From IMG/VR virus record IMGVR_UViG_2657245015_000009: DNA of 4,455 nt, one strand, 5' to 3'. Numbering within the stretch: the stretch's first letter is position 1; each line of letters starts with the position of its first letter. Source of the DNA: a virus (lineage: Duplodnaviria > Heunggongvirae > Uroviricota > Caudoviricetes). A program made the position numbers and the translations under genes. The notes beneath the pieces were generated by a model. That model did no database searches and had not been told where the DNA came from. It saw only the letters and a program-made list of their open reading frames with translations. Positions 1 through 4,455 of this stretch are shown in pieces.

Positions 1-2445
<2,445 letters not shown>

Positions 2446-2450
2446 TCACG

Positions 2451-2454
2451 CTCC
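2451..2454 (-). promoter_or_regulatory. Shine-Dalgarno (GGAG) for J, 8-nt spacer to ATG
   Basis: Minus strand reads GGAG-CGTGAGGA-ATG; the spacer itself contains GAGGA abutting the ATG. Confidence 0.6.
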
Positions 2455-2464
2455 ATAAACGACA

Positions 2465-2484
2465 AAACCGCCCGCAGGCGGTTT
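2465..2484 (-). terminator. Perfect 8-bp stem / 4-nt loop hairpin in the I-J intergenic gap, followed on the minus strand by a U-rich run; possible weak intrinsic terminator, attenuator or mRNA-stability element
   Basis: Forward 2465..2472 aaaccgcc pairs with 2477..2484 ggcggttt, loop cgca. On the minus-strand transcript the hairpin is followed by UUUUGUCGUUUAU and then the J SD. The GC core is only 5 bp, so termination is likely partial at best. Confidence 0.3.
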
Positions 2485-2502
2485 CACATAAAACATTTTG
2501 CA

Positions 2503-3174
2503 TCAGCGACCAATCACCACAACCTGACCACCGTCCCCTTCATCTGCCGTGCTAATCTCCTGAGAGACAACACGTGACCCCACGCGCATTTCACCGTACA
2601 GAACGGGCAGAACATTGCCCTGGGCAACCATGTTATCCAGGGAGGAGAAATAGGTGTTCTGTTTGCCGTTATCCGTTGTCTGTGTACGGGGAGTTCTGGC
2701 TTTCGGTGCCAGCATCTGCGCCACACCACCGAGCACCATACTGGCACCGAGAGAAAACAGGATGCCGGTCATACCACCGGCCCCAATGGCTGCCCCCCAT
2801 GCTGCAAGGGTGGCTCCGGCAGTAAAGAATGATCCGGCAATGGCGGCTGCCCCCAGGACAATCTGGAATACACCACCTGACTTGGCCCCGGCGACTCTGG
2901 GAACAATATGAATCACAGCGCCATCAGGCAGAGTCTCATGTAACTGCGCCGTTAACCCGGACGTGCTGACGTCCCGCCCGGCAATCCGTACCTGATACCA
3001 GCCGTCGCTCAGTTTCTGACGAAACGCCGGGAGCTGTGTGGCCAGTGCCCGGATGGCTTCAGCCCCCGTTTTCACACGAAGGTCGATGCGGCGACCAAAT
3101 CGTTGTAAATCCCCGTAAAGGCAGATGCGCGCCATGCCCGGTGACGCCAGAGGGAGTGTGTGCGTCGCTGCCAT
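2503..3174 (-). CDS. I: Tail tip assembly protein I (lambda gpI-like), 223 aa, ubiquitin-like beta-grasp N-terminal domain ending in Gly-Gly followed by a Gly/Ala-rich hydrophobic segment
   Basis: Complete ORF in track (223 aa, [29 protein letters not shown]...), recognised as lambda gpI; same length as lambda I. Start ATG 3174..3172 with a GAGG-type SD about 11 nt upstream. Sits 60 nt upstream of J, as in lambda. Confidence 0.93.
   Translation of the reverse strand: MAATHTLPLASPGMARICLYGDLQRFGRRIDLRVKTGAEAIRALATQLPAFRQKLSDGWYQVRIAGRDVSTSGLTAQLHETLPDGAVIHIVPRVAGAKSGGVFQIVLGAAAIAGSFFTAGATLAAWGAAIGAGGMTGILFSLGASMVLGGVAQMLAPKARTPRTQTTDNGKQNTYFSSLDNMVAQGNVLPVLYGEMRVGSRVVSQEISTADEGDGGQVVVIGR
2707..2871 (-). 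other. Gly/Ala-rich hydrophobic segment of I (about 55 aa) with small-xxx-small spacing; possible membrane-insertion or glycine-zipper region
   Basis: VFQIVLGAAAIAGSFFTAGATLAAWGAAIGAGGMTGILFSLGASMVLGGVAQMLAP directly follows the GG and is followed by a polar C-terminal domain. Confidence 0.5.
2872..3135 (-). other. Ubiquitin-like beta-grasp domain of I (approximate bounds), ending in Gly-Gly (codons 2872..2877)
   Basis: The segment from [14 protein letters not shown] to IHIVPRVAGAKSGG has the length and hydrophobic pattern of a ThiS/MoaD/ubiquitin-like fold and terminates in GG. Confidence 0.55.
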
Positions 3175-3815
3175 TTGTCGGTATACCTCTCTCGTTTGCT
3201 CAGTTGTTCAGGAATATGGTGCAGCAGCTCGCCGTCACCACAGTAAATGGCGGCATGATTCGGCACCGATGAACCAAAACAGCACAGCAGCACATCGCCC
3301 GGCTGCGCCTCTGTCAGTGCGACACGGTAAAAACCAGTAGCCTCCATATTGTCAAGATAGAGATTCTGACCGTGACGCCACCAGTCATCCCCGCGATGAA
3401 AATTCGGCATCTCAATCCCCGCCAGATGATAAGCATCCCGGAACAGCGTGTAACAGTCCGTCACCCCGTGCTCAAAGCGCCGCCCGGTGAGATGCGGCAC
3501 ACAGCGGAACTTATGAATCGTCCCCCGGCAGACCAGCCACCACGGCAAATCACTCTGCACCTGCAGCCGCCGGTCAGCCTCACTCAGCCAGGGCAGACCA
3601 CCGGGGTGGCTGTGGACCAGCGCCACAATCTCACCCTGCATTTCTGCCTGCAGCCAGTCCTCCGGAGCCATCCGGAAATAATCCTCCGGCTCACCGGAAA
3701 TATTCACGCAGGGAAAATATCTTTCCCCCTCCGGCGCTCTCACCACGAAGCCGCACGACTCCGCTGGCGCACATCGCCGGGCGTGCGCCAGAATCGCTGA
3801 TTCTGTCTCTGTCAT
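3072..3815 (-). CDS. K: Tail tip assembly protein K (lambda gpK-like), 247 aa from the ATG at 3815; JAMM/MPN metallopeptidase domain fused to NlpC/P60 cysteine peptidase domain. Alternative internal start at 3671 would give 199 aa
   Basis: Track ORF 3072..3857 (261 aa) begins at a TTG that overlaps L; the first ATG (3815..3813, [14 protein letters not shown]...) lies 4 nt after the L stop. JAMM motif H-x-H-x7-S-x2-D present ([14 protein letters not shown]). NlpC/P60-like Cys (DCYTLF) and His (VPNHAAIY) present. Stop TGA at 3074..3072. Overlaps the start of I by 103 nt out of frame. Confidence 0.88.
   Translation of the reverse strand: MTETESAILAHARRCAPAESCGFVVRAPEGERYFPCVNISGEPEDYFRMAPEDWLQAEMQGEIVALVHSHPGGLPWLSEADRRLQVQSDLPWWLVCRGTIHKFRCVPHLTGRRFEHGVTDCYTLFRDAYHLAGIEMPNFHRGDDWWRHGQNLYLDNMEATGFYRVALTEAQPGDVLLCCFGSSVPNHAAIYCGDGELLHHIPEQLSKRERYTDKWQRRTHSLWRHRAWRASAFTGIYNDLVAASTFV
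3153..3485 (-). other. NlpC/P60 papain-like cysteine peptidase domain of K (approximate bounds); candidate catalytic Cys codon 3453..3455, His codon 3255..3257
   Basis: Cys in [17 protein letters not shown] and downstream His in [17 protein letters not shown] fit the order and spacing of an NlpC/P60 Cys-His-His triad. Assigned by recognition, not alignment. Confidence 0.6.
3186..3189 (-). promoter_or_regulatory. Candidate Shine-Dalgarno (GAGG within AGAGAGG) for I, about 11-nt spacer, embedded in K coding sequence
   Basis: Minus strand reads ACGAGAGAGG-TATACCGACAA-ATG. The spacer is rather long, so this is tentative. Confidence 0.4.
3513..3812 (-). other. JAMM/MPN (JAB) metallopeptidase domain of K (approximate bounds); signature [14 protein letters not shown] at 3573..3614
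   Basis: H-x-H-x7-S-x2-D motif read directly from the translation, with Glu residues upstream; domain boundaries are approximate. Confidence 0.7.
3682..3687 (-). promoter_or_regulatory. Strong internal Shine-Dalgarno (GGAGGA) upstream of the in-frame ATG at 3671 inside K
   Basis: Minus strand reads GCC-GGAGGA-TTATTTCCGG-ATG-GCT (Met63 of the track [17 protein letters not shown]...). This could drive a 199-aa K isoform or simply be the historical annotation start. Confidence 0.45.
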
Positions 3816-3819
3816 GGGA

Positions 3820-4455
3820 TTACTGCGAAAGTTTGTTAATGGAAAGGAAGCCGCCAAAGTTGCCGACGTTATTGCGAAACTTACAGCCGCTCAGGCATTT
3901 GCTGCATTTATCCTTCGTGATATCGGACGTCGGCTGGTCATATTCATCCGCGACTGCCGGACCGTGATAACCGCACTCATCACCGCGATAGGTCCAGGTG
4001 CAGGTGTTGGCCAGCATGATACGCCCCGGAAAAACAGCGCCATCCGTTTCCGTCGGCGTGGACAGTACAAAGGAGGCACTCACCGCGCTCAGTTCGCTGC
4101 ACTGCTCGATGCGCCAGCGGCTGATCACCTCCTGCTCCGGATCGGCGTCTCTGTTTCCGTTGACGAAGTTCACCGCATCCAGAAAACGGGCGTAAACCTT
4201 ACGCCGGACCACCGTTCCGCCGACCAGACTCTGCATATCTTCCACCATACCGGTGACCATGCCGTACAGGTTAGAGACTGCCAGCGTGGGCCGCGTACTG
4301 GTGCCTTTGCCATTCAGTTCAAAACCGCTCCCCTGAATGGCCCTTCCCGTCATGTGAAAGTTGAAACCACCGACGGCGTGGTTCAGCTCTCCGGTACCGT
4401 CGATTCCCAGGCACAGAGCGACCGTGCTGAAAGTATCGCCAAAGCGGTAGATGGT
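3820..4455 (-). CDS. L: Tail tip protein L (lambda gpL-like), 5'-partial: the N-terminus lies beyond the window end; C-terminal Cys-rich region present
   Basis: Track ORF 3820..4353 (177 aa, ...[18 protein letters not shown]...[12 protein letters not shown]...[12 protein letters not shown]...SINKLSQ) recognised as gpL. The same frame stays open upstream from 4354 to 4455 ([34 protein letters not shown]), so the track's Met at 4353 is internal. Stop TAA at 3822..3820. Confidence 0.9.
   Translation of the reverse strand, partial: TIYRFGDTFSTVALCLGIDGTGELNHAVGGFNFHMTGRAIQGSGFELNGKGTSTRPTLAVSNLYGMVTGMVEDMQSLVGGTVVRRKVYARFLDAVNFVNGNRDADPEQEVISRWRIEQCSELSAVSASFVLSTPTETDGAVFPGRIMLANTCTWTYRGDECGYHGPAVADEYDQPTSDITKDKCSKCLSGCKFRNNVGNFGGFLSINKLSQ
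3883..4002 (-). other. Cys cluster in the C-terminal domain of L (Cys codons at 4000..4002, 3973..3975, 3904..3906, 3895..3897, 3883..3885); candidate iron-sulfur ligands
   Basis: The pattern C-x8-C ... C-x2-C-x3-C ([10 protein letters not shown] ... CSKCLSGC) is read from the translation; gpL-family proteins have been reported to coordinate an Fe-S cluster through C-terminal cysteines. Confidence 0.6.

Noticed and set aside
2514-2747. Minus-strand 77-aa ORF nested in I in another frame
   Set aside because: Out-of-frame overlap with the C-terminal half of I; Trp/Arg/Cys-rich translation with no start signals; judged spurious.
2574-3800. Forward-strand ORFs antisense to I and K (2574..2825, 2654..2911, 3036..3272, 3125..3340, 3372..3800)
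   Set aside because: All are embedded antisense within the I and K genes, with Arg/Pro-rich composition and no recognisable motifs; judged to be chance open frames.
3855-3857. TTG start for K used by the ORF track (261-aa product)
   Set aside because: It would overlap the last 12 codons of L and has no SD. The ATG at 3815 directly after the L stop is a more plausible initiation site, though the TTG is not strictly excluded.
3891-4079. Minus-strand 62-aa ORF nested in L in another frame, and forward ORF 3998..4195
   Set aside because: Both are embedded in the L coding region, and the minus-strand one is Arg-rich with no independent SD; considered chance frames.

Overview
The window is the tail-tip assembly module of a lambda-like (lambdoid) siphophage, entirely encoded on the minus strand in the order L (5'-partial) - K - I - J (3'-partial); read left to right, the window is the reverse complement of that operon. 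All four genes are recognisable from their translated sequence and motifs, and gene sizes and spacing match my recollection of phage lambda (60-nt I-J gap, 103-nt K/I overlap). J is absent from the supplied ORF track only because its stop codon lies beyond the window edge; I checked by hand that the minus-strand frame is open for all 814 codons from the ATG at 2442 to position 1. Every forward-strand ORF in the track is antisense to these genes and I consider all of them spurious. I find no RNA genes, CRISPR arrays, mobile elements or substantial repeats. I do not see evidence for a genuinely undescribed system: this is a well-known module. The least characterised biology here is the I/K pair (ubiquitin-like beta-grasp domain ending in Gly-Gly, plus a JAMM/MPN metallopeptidase fused to an NlpC/P60 cysteine peptidase), together with the ambiguous K start, the Cys cluster in L, and a hairpin between I and J.
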